Positions 1-13,152 of a stretch of DNA of 64,000 nucleotides are shown here, in pieces (position 1 is the stretch's first letter; every line of letters begins with the position of its first letter). The notes under the pieces are model-generated. The model was not told the DNA's origin. It saw nothing but the letters and a program-made list of their open reading frames with translations, and did not search any database. Position numbers and translations under genes: made by a program. Source of the stretch: Negaprion brevirostris. Its lineage: Eukaryota. The stretch spans positions 23,433,045 to 23,497,044 of the forward strand of contig JARDVH010000097.1 in NCBI GenBank assembly GCA_030324005.1. The letters are read 5' to 3'.

Positions 1-308
1 TAGGTTTTCACCCAAATTGTATGTGATACAGTTCATTTAATAGACATTATCAGGGATTCCCTTGCTCTGTTATTATTATGACAGATATTTAGTGAAAACA
101 GGCTTCAGAACAAAACTAAACCAGGATAGTGCACCAATCTACTCAACAATAGAACTACATAGAATAACCTAGAATACAGAGAAAAGCTTCTTTGAAAAGA
201 TAAGGTCTTCACTCCCCCCTCCAAAAACTTAAAACCCCACATAGATTAAAGGTTCAAACCATGAGAAAAGTAGCTACATGTAAGATCATAGTTTATGCTC
301 TAAGTACT

Positions 309-595
309 GGGGCAGCACGGTGGCACACAGTGCCAGGGACCCAGATTCAATTCCCAGTTTGAGTCACTGTGTGTGTAGAGTCTGCACATATTCCCGTATT
401 TGCATGAGTTTCCTCTAGGTGTTCTAATTTCCTCCCACAATCCGAAAGACATGCTGGTTAGTTGCATTGGCTATGCTAAATTCTCCCTCAATGTACCAGA
501 ACAGGTGCCAGAGTATGGTGACTAGGCGAATTTCACAGCAACTTTATTGCAGTGTTCATATAAGCCTACTTGTGACTAAGAAATAAACTTTAAAC
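309..595 (+). mobile_element. HE1-type V-SINE, full length, tail variant A
   Basis: tRNA-like head ggggcagcacggtggcac...gattcaattccc, V-domain tttcctcccacaatccgaaagac, tail ...taagcctacttgtgactaagaaataaactttaaac. Confidence 0.9.
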
Positions 596-1048
596 ACTAA
601 CAACATGATGTAGTGTTCAATGGTTTGATTACTCTGTGTTTAATCAGGTTGGTCTGCTCACTGATCTATGTTTACTGTACTTGATTGCTTAAATCTATAT
701 TAAATATCTAGCAGCATAGAGAAGGTTCTGGAATCTGTGCTGAGGGGACATCTGTTGAAACCCATATCTCCAAAGATAAGGAAATGTAAATAAATCCATT
801 GTTGATTTAGAACTAATATCACCCGACATTGTTCTGAGGCAAATCATATGTTTAATACATATAATAAACTGGCAAATACATAAAACATGCTTTAATTTGT
901 ATTGGGAAAATAGAATTTTTGAGAACAAAAGCGCATTTATAAAATGACAAAGCTTAAATGCATCAAATTGATATGAGTCGAAATTTGAATGTGTGTGAAA
1001 TAAGTTTCATACTGATGAGTTTTGCAGTGTGATAGCTTAGAGATTTTT

Positions 1049-1626
1049 AAAGGTTTAAAGTTTATTTATTAGAACATAAGAACATAAGAAATAGGAGCAG
1101 GAGTAGGCCATCCAGCCCTTCGAGCCTGCCCCGCCATTCAATNNNNNNNNNNNNNNNNNNNNNNNNNNNNNNNNNNNNNNNNNNNNNNNNNNNNNNNNNN
1201 NNNNNNNNNNNNNNNNNNNNNNNNNNNNNNNNNNNNNNNNNNCCGTGCTGCGTCTGCTCTATCAAGCAATTTCCCTCAAGATGCCTCGCTATTTCCTCCT
1301 TGATGACGGATTCTAACATTTTACCTACAACAGACGTTAAACTGTTATTAGTCTTAAGTAGGCTTACATTCGCACTGCAGTGAAGGTACTGTGAAAATGC
1401 CACACTCTGGCGCGTGTTCAGGTACACTGTGGGAGAATTTAGCCTGGCCAACTCACCTAAACTGCACATTTTTGGGCTGTGGGAGGAAACTGGAGCACCC
1501 GAAGAAAACCCACGCATATTCAGGGAGAACATGCAATCTCCACACAGACAGTGACCCAATCTGGGAATCGAACCCTGGTCCCTGGCGCTGTGAGGCAGCA
1601 ATGCTAACCACCCACCATGCCGCCCC
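1049..1626 (-). mobile_element. HE1-type V-SINE, tail variant A, interrupted by a CR1 insertion
   Basis: Reverse complement of the 309-595 element; the tail is split at 1072/1345. Confidence 0.9.
1073..1344 (-). mobile_element. 5'-truncated CR1 LINE (RT fragment plus 3' tail) spanning a 100-N gap
   Basis: Minus-strand peptide SLTSVVGKMLESVIKEEIARHLEGNCLIEQTQH (CR1 RT); agaacata tail repeats; flanking ttattag duplication at 1066-1072 and 1345-1351. Confidence 0.9.
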
Positions 1627-2197
1627 ATATCTAATCTGGCCTATATCCAATATGTGCAGCTGTTAAGTTCATTGCTAAATTTATTCGACTGATATTTTAG
1701 CCATTCTGGTGGGCAAATAAAGCCAACATTATTTTATTACTTTGGGGCTGAACACATGTTGAAGAAAAGTTGTTTTCACTTCACGAGACTTGTGCCAGCA
1801 TTCTGTAGCTGCCTATTAAGGGTAATCCTTTCTTTTAATGAAAAAAAGACTTGGATTCCAGAAAGAAAACGGGAATCGTGTTTCTGCAGGAGGCTCCCAA
1901 ACTGACCTTGTCTGATATCATGGAGGAGCAGAAAGTTGATCCATTATTTTAGCAGCTGTCAAGCACACATCAGCACACAACCAGCAGCAGATATACATTT
2001 AAATCAAAGAAGTCCTAAAGAGGATGTTGGGAAGCAGCATTAGCTGTGGGAAGTGAAGGAGATTGTTGCAGGCCATAGTGTGTGAGCAGATATAACAGGA
2101 AGGGAGGATCCATTCGGATTGTATTTTCTGCCTGCTTCGTGCTACTCCCATGGACTGACACAAGATTAAATTATCAATGTGGCTGCTGGGACATAAA

Positions 2198-2323
2198 GGG
2201 CAGGATTTTCCAGCTGTGCTTTCCCCAAAATCAGAAAATCCTGCCCATGGTTAATAGACCTTTCTGTGATCCACCCCTCACCCACTACAGTTCTGCGTTG
2301 CAGGCAGAACAGAACTTCCCCCC
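2198..2323 (+). mobile_element. Harbinger-type MITE (~125 bp)
   Basis: gggcaggattttc (2198-2210) and gaaaatcctgccc (2234-2246) form a perfect 13-bp inverted repeat; related copies at 22397, 56826, 56973, 59219. Confidence 0.75.
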
Positions 2324-4026
2324 AAGTGCACTCGCACTCCCTTTCCTCGTAGCCCAATACCACCTGTACATTGGATGGATGAAGGTTTTCCCTTCTGTCT
2401 CAGGAGCATTGTTAGTGAACTAGGTGCTTTATCTGGTGCTGCACACATGGCACTTTACTGTAGGAAATCTGCTACCAAATAAAGTACTCTGCTCTTTCAT
2501 AATGTTGTCTTTTCCTGGGGAAAGTAGCAAAAATGTTTCCCTTGGAAAACAAGAGTTTTGTGACCAGAGTGTGGGAAATAATATTATTGGCTGTTTGAAA
2601 GAATTTTATGGTATGAACATTCAATGCTTCCATTACAATTATTACCCGTATGGCAGAGTTTGCCTGTTGGCCAGGCTTCATGAGATAGCATGACTCACGC
2701 ACACTTACTCTCAGGTAGGGCCAGCTGGATTTCCTTAATCATAAAAGATAGTTTCCTGGGCAATGTGCTTGGGTGCCAGTTGGCCTTTTTTCCCTGCTGT
2801 TAGCATTCCTTCTTGCTTTCAATAGAGGATGACCACAGTACAATATCTGGGCTGAGTGTTTGTGTTTGGAATTGAGTTTAGCCACTGGCATCAACAACCA
2901 TACTGTGCTGTGACTGGGAGTCTGCATTGTTTAAAAGTGGATCAGAAACAAGTATTGGAGAATTTTTAAAAATCACACAAGCAATAGTACAGAAACAAGA
3001 GCATGACAAATCATGAGAGAAAATTTCCCCAAAAAGGGCCACTCAGCTTTAATAATGGATGCTCCTTCATGAACAGTGTTAAAGGCTAGAAGCATCTGTA
3101 TTAATTGAAAAACATGCATTCAAAGTAGACCAGCGAGGGAAAAAAAAACAGGAAATGTATTCTTTCTCTGTGCTGTCCTACTTTTTATGTTAACATGTAT
3201 TCAAACAATTTGTGGATCTATAATGAGGTCTGAACAATTTGTGTGACCTTCTCAAAGAAATCATTTAAATTATTCTCCAGTGGAATGGTTCCTGACGATA
3301 AATTCTTTCTTTGTGCATACTAGGTGCAAGGAATTCTTCTCCATCAAATGAGTAGCTTCAGATATTCTTAAAGCAGGCATTGGGAGAAAAAAAATGAATG
3401 AAGAATCGTGCAAAATTTGGGTGATACTTTAAGCTTCTCCCTGATCAATAAGTGGTATTGCTTCCTTTTATGGTACATGATATAATTTAATAAAGAGATG
3501 TGCCATTCTGTATGTTTTCTTATTTGACACACAGGACACCAGGAAGCCAGTAGTGTAATAAAATAATGGAACCATTTGTTCTTGCTGTTTGTAGTACCAC
3601 AAGAAGCAGAGAGTGTGACCTGCTACTTTTACCAAGACAGCTGTGACTCAACTTGTATAATTAGACTTGGTGAACTGATTTATAGTAAAGACATCACCCA
3701 GAGGAGTTTGAAAGGTGTTAGCAGCATGGAAGGCAAATGATGTTGCCACCTTCACAGCTACCCGCAAAGAGCTGCTCACTGATGTCTCACTTTCTTGCTC
3801 TGCCTGCAGCGACTGTCACAGACCTTACTAATGAACATTCTAACGCATCTCAAATTAAAATTCGGGTTTCTTGAGCACTGAAGTTTCAGATCTTCGAAGG
3901 TTGCTTTTAATTTAATATGTTCGTGGCACTGAGCAGTAAATGCTTTAGCAAGAAATCAACAATAATTCACAGATCAAATGGGATGAATATGCATGCTTTA
4001 GTTTTGGAAGGAAAAGCTGCATTAAT

Positions 4027-4385
4027 TTTATTCATTCATAGCATTTGAATTGCTGGCTGGCCATCATTTATTATTCATCCCTCGCTGCTGTTGGAGGACA
4101 GTTGGGAGTCAAACACATCATTATGNNNNNNNNNNCCCGAGGGCCGTTGAGTTACTTGTAGGCCAGACCAGGTAAGGATGGCTGATTTTCTTCCCTAAAG
4201 GACATTAGTGAACCAAATGGTATTCTTCAACAATCAACAAAGGTTTCATGACCATCAGGAGATTCTTAATCCCAAGTATATTTTATTGAATTCAAATTCT
4301 TCATAGTGGGATTTGAAGCTGGGTCCCCAGAACAGTAGCTGACTACTCTTTAATAGTTTTGTGAAAATACCATTAGGCCATAGCA
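4027..4385 (-). mobile_element. tRNA-derived SINE, here called family B
   Basis: Core ggccagaccaggtaaggatggc...ttccctaaaggacattagtgaacca shared with 16920, 46085, 49490. Confidence 0.85.
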
Positions 4386-5581
4386 ATTGTCATGTTCAGT
4401 TTCTATTGGCCCACAATTCGTGCTGGAGTTTGTTTTTTGGGAATTGAGCCGATTAAACAAACTTTTGGCAACTTTACTGCCTCTCACTATTGTTGTAACC
4501 AAATTTTACCATGCCCTTGAATGTAATTTCCAGCAGAAATATCACAATTTGATGAAAAAATTAATTATAGACACTTAAGTGAAGTGTTCTTCATCCCCTC
4601 CACGAATTGTGCTGTAGGGTATATATACCAGACATTGGCAATTAACTGGTGATTTGAGTGAAATTTATATTCCTTACGATCTTTCCACTTGTGAAATGTT
4701 TGAAAAGAAGTTAAGGGTTTCTCTTGTGTGTCAACATCTGCCAAATGAACATTTTTCTACAGTACGTATCTAATCACTTTTCAAGTCATTGTAATTATCA
4801 ACTATATATAATTTAGTTCTAGTACAATCTGGGGTACCTTTCTAGAAATGCATTCTTATAGTTATAATGCAAATGATATAGTCTATTTTCCCGTCGGAGA
4901 TACAAGAACAGTCAATCAATAACTTTCATATTTTATCGACACTGAAATTCGGTGTCATATATTTCTTTGTCAATATGAGAGATTCTTCCATGCAAAAGTT
5001 TTTGTTATGGAAGTTGATGGTTACAGAAAATAATTTGCATATTTATGAAAGGTTCCAATCAAATAAGGTATAAAAAGAGACCAGCTGAATCAAATAATTC
5101 AGGCTCATTTCAATGCCCAATATCAGGTTGCATTGACAATGTTGTATGCAATGTTCTATGCAAAATAGGGGTCAAGAATGTTAATGTTCAGACATTGCAA
5201 TAATAATGTAAATTGAATTGATCTCCTTGAAGCAGAGAAGGTTCTGGGGAAATTTAATAGAGACATTCTAAATTATGTTCGGCTTGAGAGAGTAAATAGG
5301 AAGCTAAATATTGACAAGGCTGAGTTGTGTAGATTGGTGGGGGTGGAAGTAGGGCATTGCAGGAATGAGGTCAAATTTCTATCAGGAAATCTGTAAGTTG
5401 TGGAGATTTTGCTTTGACCTATTCCCTACCTAAACTCAGGGCATATACAGGCTTGATGTCCAGCTGGATGGGGGTACATTCTCGAGCAGGCTGCAGGTAT
5501 GTTATCTTTTTCTGCTAGTAAATAGCAGGTAGGGGTTATGAGATCCTGACGCTGTGTCATGGTTCCATTCTCAACCCTTTT

Positions 5582-5770
5582 CATAGAATCACAGAATCCT
5601 ACAGTGCAGAATGAGGCCATTCAGCCCATCGAGTCTGCATTGACCACAATCCCACCCAGGTCCTATTCCCATAACCGCACGCATCTAGCTAGCACACCCC
5701 GCCCCCCCCAACACTAAGGAGCAATTTAACATGGCTACTCCACCTGAACCACACATATTTTCTCTGGACT
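5582..5770 (-). mobile_element. HE1 SINE 3' half (HER1/CR1-type tail)
   Basis: catagaatcacagaatcctacagtgcagaatgaggccattcagcccatcgagtctgca. Confidence 0.85.
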
Positions 5771-6559
5771 TCAATTGCGACTCAGGGAGTATGCGTAAGG
5801 TGAATGCTTTAGTGGGGATGAACCCGTTTAGACACTTTGGAAGCATCTGTGGAAGGAAATTCTGTTGTGTAGCTACAACATAGAGCCCTACTGGAGGTTC
5901 TCTTGTGTTAAATGAAGCACTGACTTCTTTCTGAGTGGCTTTTGCTTTTGTTAATGAATTGGAGTGGTGCAGACAAGTCCACATCTGTTTGTGACCAAAA
6001 ACCTTTCAGTGGATGCTATTATGAGATCAATGACTTAAAAGGATTTGGTGGAGTGCCAGGAGATCAGAGTTAGTTGACACAAGTGTAGGCAACATCTTCA
6101 TTATTAATTCCTCCTGAAAGCATAGTGAAGTAAGTTAGACTCTGTTGTGACTATTTAAAGGCCAATCTACAATTTGTAGTTGAGGCTTTTTTGGCTCACG
6201 TTTGTTAAAGCAACGTTTGTGGAAATATGGTGGTACGTTGCTGGAATATTTTGAGGTTTTTGATGACTATCTGAATGGAGGACAGAACTGTGCCTTGCAG
6301 AGAGATTTGGGGCAGTTGTTGTAGTACCAGTTGATCTGTGATGTGATCAGGGCATTGAGAGGCGGAGGTCAAGAGGGGAATTTCTGAGTTGAGGGAGGAG
6401 AAGGAGAGTTTTGTATAGATCATACAACCCACAAAGGCTCTACCTGTAACACCATCATGAATTAGCAATGAGTGAGGAACAGTATCTGACGAAATTTTGA
6501 TCCACAAAAGAAGTCTTCACAGAGTTGTCAACTCTTGAGTCTCAAAGCGAGATGAGGAT

Positions 6560-7175
6560 GACCAACCTAATGCTAGTGAAGATCATCATCATCCCAATAA
6601 TCCATGCTTCTGGATCTTTCCTGGCAGGAGCAGGTGACATCAGTAACAAATTGCATTTTGATAGATCAGCGAGAACTCAAAGGCACTGTGCTTGAGATCA
6701 GTGGACTTCATGTTCTTCACTTTGAGGAAAGAACACCAGGATGAAAAGACACATGGAATCACCAAGGTTGTGGGCTTCCCAATAGCTTAGGAATCTGCTG
6801 ACTTTCACACACATGCTTCAGCGGGCTACACACATCAACATGGAACAATACTGCAATTGCAAGAACTACCATACCTTGAATGCGTAGTTAGTGGGCAACA
6901 GCACCAAGAGTTCATCCTGATGAATGCCTGCTACTCTGGAAGCACCAGTGATGCTTTTACTCTGCACCAGTCTGCAATTACTTTGGGTTTCCTTTACAGA
7001 CCACAAATTGGCTTCAGGGTGACAACCTGTCCTCTCCAGAGCTACCTACTGACTCCCTTTTGCAATCCCACCAGATGAGATCAGAGGGTCTTCAGATCTC
7101 TGCAATAAAAGCTCCAGAGGGTATCCATGTGTTTGTGATGGTCTGTTTCATCCTCCACAACTTTGCATCCTGTAC
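6560..7175 (+). mobile_element. Decayed PIF/Harbinger DDE transposase (HARBI1-like)
   Basis: Peptides ASGSFLAGAGDIS, MNACYSGSTSDAFTLHQSA, PLQSYLLTPFCNP and VCFILHNFA follow Harbinger transposase motif order, with stops and frameshifts. Confidence 0.8.
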
Positions 7176-7654
7176 GTCTAGTCGTTACCTCTCAGATGCA
7201 GAGACCACCTCAGGAAGAGCAGGAGACATAGGATGGTGTTTAATGAAGCTCCCTGGAGTAGGAAAAGAGACAGGCGGAGGAAATTAATTGAGTAGAAGGC
7301 AAAATATGAGCTTTCTGATAGCAAGAGGAAAGTTGGTTATTCAGTTGGTAATGGGTTGAGAGCAGATTGAGCTTTCAAACTTCAAGCACTGGGGTCTCTT
7401 TCCAACACAATAGCTCATTGTGGATGTTCATTGACACACAATTCTGTCAGATGAAATTGTATCTTTGGAGTTGAGTATACAGCAACCAGAACTGATTCAC
7501 AACTAGTTAAAGATGTGCAACAGGCAGAGAAGTCTTCCAGGTGGATTGAGACTGAGCTGCTTTCTTGTATGGAAGGCTTTGCTTTACTGAAGGAGAGGAG
7601 GCCTTGATGATTGAGATCAGGTGGTGATTGTGAAAGAGCAAAGAGAGGGAATGA

Positions 7655-7852
7655 GGTGGCTGCCCTATGAAGGCTGGTGGGAACAGAGGGAAGAACCTGG
7701 GATAAGCTGGGAAGGTCAATGTCTACAGATGGCAGGTCAAGCATGATAGTGGAAAGATCAAAAGTTATGCAGAGAAGGTCATTGGTGAGACCCTGAGAGT
7801 TGAGGATACCAGAGGGTAGGCGAAGGATGACAGATGGCAAGTTGAGGATATG
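7655..7852. repeat. Degenerate 21-bp tandem repeat
   Basis: Minus frame has a 7-residue period: LPSVILR LPSGILN SQGLTND LLCITFD LSTIMLD LPSVDID LPSLSQV LPSVPTS. Confidence 0.65.
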
Positions 7853-9084
7853 AGGAGCAGTTCCAGTGTGTGGGGAGGGGCAGACAGAAGGAAGTTTGTG
7901 GGTGAATAGTGGTTGGTCAAGGGTGATAGGGTCACCAACTACAGGTCACCAAAAGTAGGGTAAGACCAATGGAGTGATGGGCCAGGCAGATCTTGGACTC
8001 TTCATCGCAGGCAGATTCCTGTCAGAAGTGAGACCCCCGCAAGATTTTTTGATCTCCTCGTGAAAATGTAGATCTTGCAGGCCCAGGAATGGAAAACTCC
8101 TCAGAAACAGCCAAACTGATGCTGCAGGATGACAATGAGTGGTGCCCAAACATTTGTCTCCCTTTTGATTGACCAGAGCACTAATCTCAGCATATCTGAT
8201 TGGCTGGTGCTGCATGATTGCTCATGGCATTGTTCTGCATCTGAGCAGAAATGCTGCAGACTTCCAGTCCTGCCGACAACCACTTTGTCTGCCTGCCATG
8301 CAGGTGATGATGATGGACTAACTCAAATGCAGCCTGCACCAATAACTTAAGGCATATCCGAAAGGATCAGAGAGAGGTATTGAATCAGAGGGAAAGTCAG
8401 AGCATGTAGCTGAAGACATAGATGGAAATCTAGCTATACTGCAAATAATTAAAAAGATTGGGTTAATTTTAGTTTGATCATTTTGTCTTCCTTCTTTTGT
8501 GTCTATTTCTCTCTGTCTATGCAACTATCAACTCGATGTGATGATGCAGAACAGGTTCCTTAAGGTTTTGTACCATCATGTCAGGTTATGAGTAGCATGT
8601 GTTACACTACATACAAAATGCAAATATTGCTTTAATTTCATGTACAACATTAGGTTTCCTTCCATCAATGTGTAATTGATTGGCCTGCAGCTTGCAGACA
8701 GGAGGGTATCCGAATGATTGACAGGTCTCCAGCTGCTTTCAATCCCAGTTGCCCTTGCTTTTACTCAGGCCTGTCTATCACTGCATCTGAACTTTGAAGA
8801 AAAATGGTGAAGGTCCCCACTGAGAGATTTACATTGTTGGGTCATTGATCCATCTTTAAAGAGAGCTTCAGAATTTCTGCCAATGCACAAACGGAATGTT
8901 TTGCGATATTACATCCTTCAAGTAATTTACATAATAATGAAAAGCTATCAACGTAGGGTTATTGAAATTTTGAACAAAAAGGCCAATGGTCACAAGAAAA
9001 GCCTCTCTTTCTGTTGATCAACACATACGTCTGTTTTTTCTATTTCAATAGCCTTGTTCCTATTCCATGGCACTTCAACATTTG

Positions 9085-11050
9085 GGGCAGAATTTTAACC
9101 TAAATCACCCAACTTGCAACAGGAACAGCAGTAGAAGTGGGATTTCCTGTGACTGTTTAACTCATCGGTATTAACATGCTGCTTCCAGTTTTTTCCAATC
9201 AATCACAGGTCGGGAATGAGAACAATCGCACCCGTAATCTGAAATATTTCTATGCAAATGGACCCTGGGAAGCATTCCAGCTTAATTCCTCAGGCTTCTG
9301 CAAATATGAATAGAATTATATGGATTCATCGCCGCAGGGGGCAGGGCTGAAAAATGGTGAGATATTCAAAAGCCCATTGACTTCAATGGGGCTAGAAAAC
9401 CCCGCTGGTGAGAGCAGCTGTAAAATCCCTGCTCATAAGAAGGAAGAACAATGTGGGTTTCACCTGGTCCTGGCGTGGTACCCATCCCCTCACCTAGTCC
9501 TCTAACACTTCACATGATCTTGCTGCTGTGAGGTCGCATAGTGAAGCATTGATTCCTGGGCGAAAGGAAGAGGCAAGCCAAGAAAGTGTGGCTGGAAGTG
9601 ACGAAGGAAATGAGCAGCAGGAATGTTGTCTTTACACCTTGGATTCCATGCGGTAGCAAGATGTTCAACAGGGAAGGAAAGTTGAATGGCACCCTACATC
9701 CGGAGTCAAGTCCCGCACTCTGACTTCTCCAGAGTTCTTCATACACAACATTGTACAGAACAACACACCTTTCAGCTCCATTCATTCCTCTCCCTTGAGG
9801 GACCCATTTTGAAAGCTGACACTGATACTCATTGTACTGTGATCGCACTCCCATCCTTCACAGTCACGCTCCACAAATATGACCATTACAAATCTAATTC
9901 AGACACTCACAATTCTATACTTTCTCTCCAGGAGAAGAGAGTGCACAAGTCAAAGAAGTGTCAGAGAGTGAGATTTGATGCTCCAGTTATGATCACTCTT
10001 AGACTGTGGAGGAAGAGGCTATGGAATTTGGACAGAAGGGAAGTACACCAAGATCAGAGCATTGACTTCCATTATGTTGGAAACAGGCAGTGAAGCAATG
10101 AAAGCACATACTGATAACAGTCCTAGGAGCAAAAGCCTTTCATGTAGGCAGGGAAGCAGCTATGCAGTTTCAATGCATTCCAAACTCTCTGAGCAATGAA
10201 TCCATATTGTGTTTTCATTATGTAGCCCCTGGCAAGTTTCAGACAACTGGGCATATCCATGCAATGTCAAGTCAGTTTTTAATGAAGGCAAAGGGTGACA
10301 TGCCAAAGAGCCAACAAAAACCTTGNNNNNNNNNNNNNNNNNNNNNNNNNNNNNNNNNNNNNNNNNNNNNNNNNNNNNNNNNNNNNNNNNNNNNNNNNNN
10401 NNNNNNNNNNNNNNNNNNNNNNNNNNNNNNNNNNNNNNNNNNNNNNNNNNNNNNNNNNNNNNNNNNNNNNNNNNNNNNNNNNNNNNNNNNNNNNNNNNNN
10501 NNNNNNNNNNNNNNNNNNNNNNNNNNNNNNNNNNNNNNNNNNNNNNNNNNNNNNNNNNNNNNNNNNNNNNNNNNNNNNNNNNNNNGGGGCCAGGTGGAAT
10601 GATGTCAAGCAAAAGCAAGGGCATGGGGGCAGTTCTCAGTAAGTCCTTTCATCCCCGATGCTGTGTTCCTCAAATGGGCACTGCGGTCTTTGAGTGAGGA
10701 ACCCCTCTCCTCCACCAGCCCCAGAAACCTACAAGCAACCCCAGTAGGGTTTCCTTCTCAGGCTTCCTACATGATGAGTTCACCAGCCACTGTTGGGTGA
10801 ATGAATACGCAGTGATAGGATAGGGTCCTTTAGTGGACGTTAATTGCCCACTTATGGGCCTCAATCAGCAGTGAGGAGGGAAGGATGCCCAGAAGCCTTT
10901 GAACCTTGGACTAAGTTGAGGGAGAAGCAGGAAGTAATGGGGGGAGGTTCCTACCTCTACCCACCCACCCAATTAATGGCCAGGTCTGCAGTGCCAATTA
11001 TGGTGGCCACCATCTTTTCTCTGGGAGCGCGCATATGCAACTATGCCTGT
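9085..11050 (+). mobile_element. Harbinger-derived element with decayed, intron-containing Myb/SANT-like gene
   Basis: TIR-like ggggcagaatttt at 9085; KKVWLEVTKEMSSRNVVFTPWIPC at ~9580-9650; acceptor ctttctctccag then EKRVHKSKKCQR at 9933; 261-N gap inside. Confidence 0.7.
9310..9435. mobile_element. Short MITE with central ccattgacttcaatgg palindrome
   Basis: Internal inverted repeat cccattga-cttcaatggg and terminal aaaatccctgc. Confidence 0.55.
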
Positions 11051-11099
11051 CCTCTCCCAGTTAGCTGCTACTGCCTCAAGTTTTGTGCCACTTTACCCT

Positions 11100-11560
11100 G
11101 CAAGTGACAGAAACTGTCTCACTGAGCGTGGACCAGTCATGGTGGAAAAAACTGACTGTATGAGACTTGCAAGAGTTCTAAATATAAGATTGAGGTGAAG
11201 AAATGAGTGTGAATTATGGACTTGATGGAGAATGTTGTTGGGTGAGTGATAAGGGTGGTGTGAATGAAGTAGTATATGATATGATATGGTTCAGTTAAGA
11301 GGATATAGCATTTGAAAATGGATTCACTGCGCTAGACCACACATTTGAGTTTATTCAACTTCTTGTAGCCCTCAAGGAAACAATATTTGAATTTGTCTCC
11401 TTGGCTATATATATTAGCAGGCAACATAAAAGTTTGAGTATGGTCTAAATTACTTTCAATGGGTGTAACATAATTGTGCCTCTTGCTGGTTTTGGAAGTA
11501 GTTTTAGCCCACTGGTTCTTCGTTGAGGTGGAAATGTGCTAAGAGTTATGAAGCTATACC
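11100..11560 (-). mobile_element. Highly decayed Harbinger Myb/SANT remnant
   Basis: Minus strand YKKLNKLKCVV resembles the CRKKFNDLTRVV motif; weak. Confidence 0.4.
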
Positions 11561-12227
11561 TTTATCAAATCTTGTTTCCTGAATAGTCGGTGCTACATAA
11601 TTACCTTTCCTTCTATTGAATTCTGATGAATGTTTTTAATTATGTCATATATTGCTGTGGATCTTGTGGATTTATACCTACTCTTGACTTACATTTTACA
11701 ACACATAATTACGAATAATTTAAATTTGAGTTAAAGTAAAATGATACACTGCACAAAGTCCAAAAGTTACATTTCAATCGAATACTCTTCATTTTCAATT
11801 GTAGATTCTGGTTTTTTGAATCACAAGTGTATGTGTGCCTGAGCACAAAATAAATGTTTGATATATATTCAATTAAATTTATGCTATTTTGTACTGTTGT
11901 GTAGAATAGAATTTTCTTTATGCAAAATAAATGTTTAGGAAACAATTTACAACCCTAATGGGGATTGCAGGAAATGCAGATCATTTCACATTATGTGTCT
12001 TCCTATTCTCTCCTGTGTCTTAACCCAAATAGTTACGATGGAAACATGTGGTCCTCAGACACATGTTAAACCAGAACACTAGACGTATATAAGAACTCTC
12101 AAAAGGCAAAGGCAAGAAATTATCTTGCTACCCTCTAACAACTATACAATTTAAATTATGATTTGCCTAATTGCAGTAATATTTCGTGCGTACAGATGAA
12201 ATGTCACCTAATATTAACAATAAATTG

Positions 12228-13152
12228 TTATGGCAAAGAAGGAAGCCATTTGGCCCATCATGTCTGCACTGGCTCTCCAAACGAGCGTTGTGGCTTAATG
12301 CCATTCTCCTGACTTTCCCCAGTACCCTATCACATTGCTTCTATTAAAGGCATCATCTAATGTCCTCTTGAATGCTTCAAATGAACCTGTCCCCACCACA
12401 TTTCTAGGCAGCGCATTGTAGACCCAAACACTTGTTGTGTAAATGTCTTTTTCTCATGTCACTTTTATTTCTTTTGCAAGTCACTTCAAATCTATGCCCT
12501 CTTTTTTGTGATCCTTTTGTAAGCAGAGGCAGGTTCTCCCTCTCTAATCTGTCAACCCCTCTTGATTTTGAACATCTTTATCAAATCTTCTCTTATCTCC
12601 AAGGAGAACTTCTTCTTTTCTCTAAGGAGAACAGTCCCAGGCTCTCCAATCTATCAACGTAACTGAAATTTCTCTTCCATTGGACCATCTTGTAAACCTC
12701 TTCTGCACTCTTCCTAACGCACTCACATTCTTTCTATTGTATGGCCCCCAGAACTGTACACAATATTCCAGCTGAGGCCTAACCAGTGTCTTGTGTAAAT
12801 TCAGCATAACCTCTTTGTTCTTGTACTCTATATCCCTATCAATAAAGCCCAGAATACTATATGCTTTATTAACTATTCACTCCATCTGTTGTGCCATCTT
12901 CAAAGATCTTCAGTGTACTTTTATACTCAGGTCCCTTATTTCCAACACACCTTTAAGAATTGCACCCCTGTTATGATTGTTGGATGCTGCTGTTGGATAG
13001 AGATCTGGCTAAACCCTTGAGGAATTTACTCCTGCTGTTATAGCATTTCTCCATCTTCTTCCTACTGAAATGCATCACCTCACAATTCTCCGCATTGACC
13101 TTCACTTGCCTCCGATCTGCCACTCCACCAACTTGTCTACGTCCTTTTGAAA
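12228..13152 (-). mobile_element. CR1 LINE 3' fragment (RT C-terminus)
   Basis: ORF 12622-12807 LHKTLVRPQLEYCVQFWGPYNRKNVSALGRVQKRFTR; CR1 3' tail near 12240. Confidence 0.92.
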
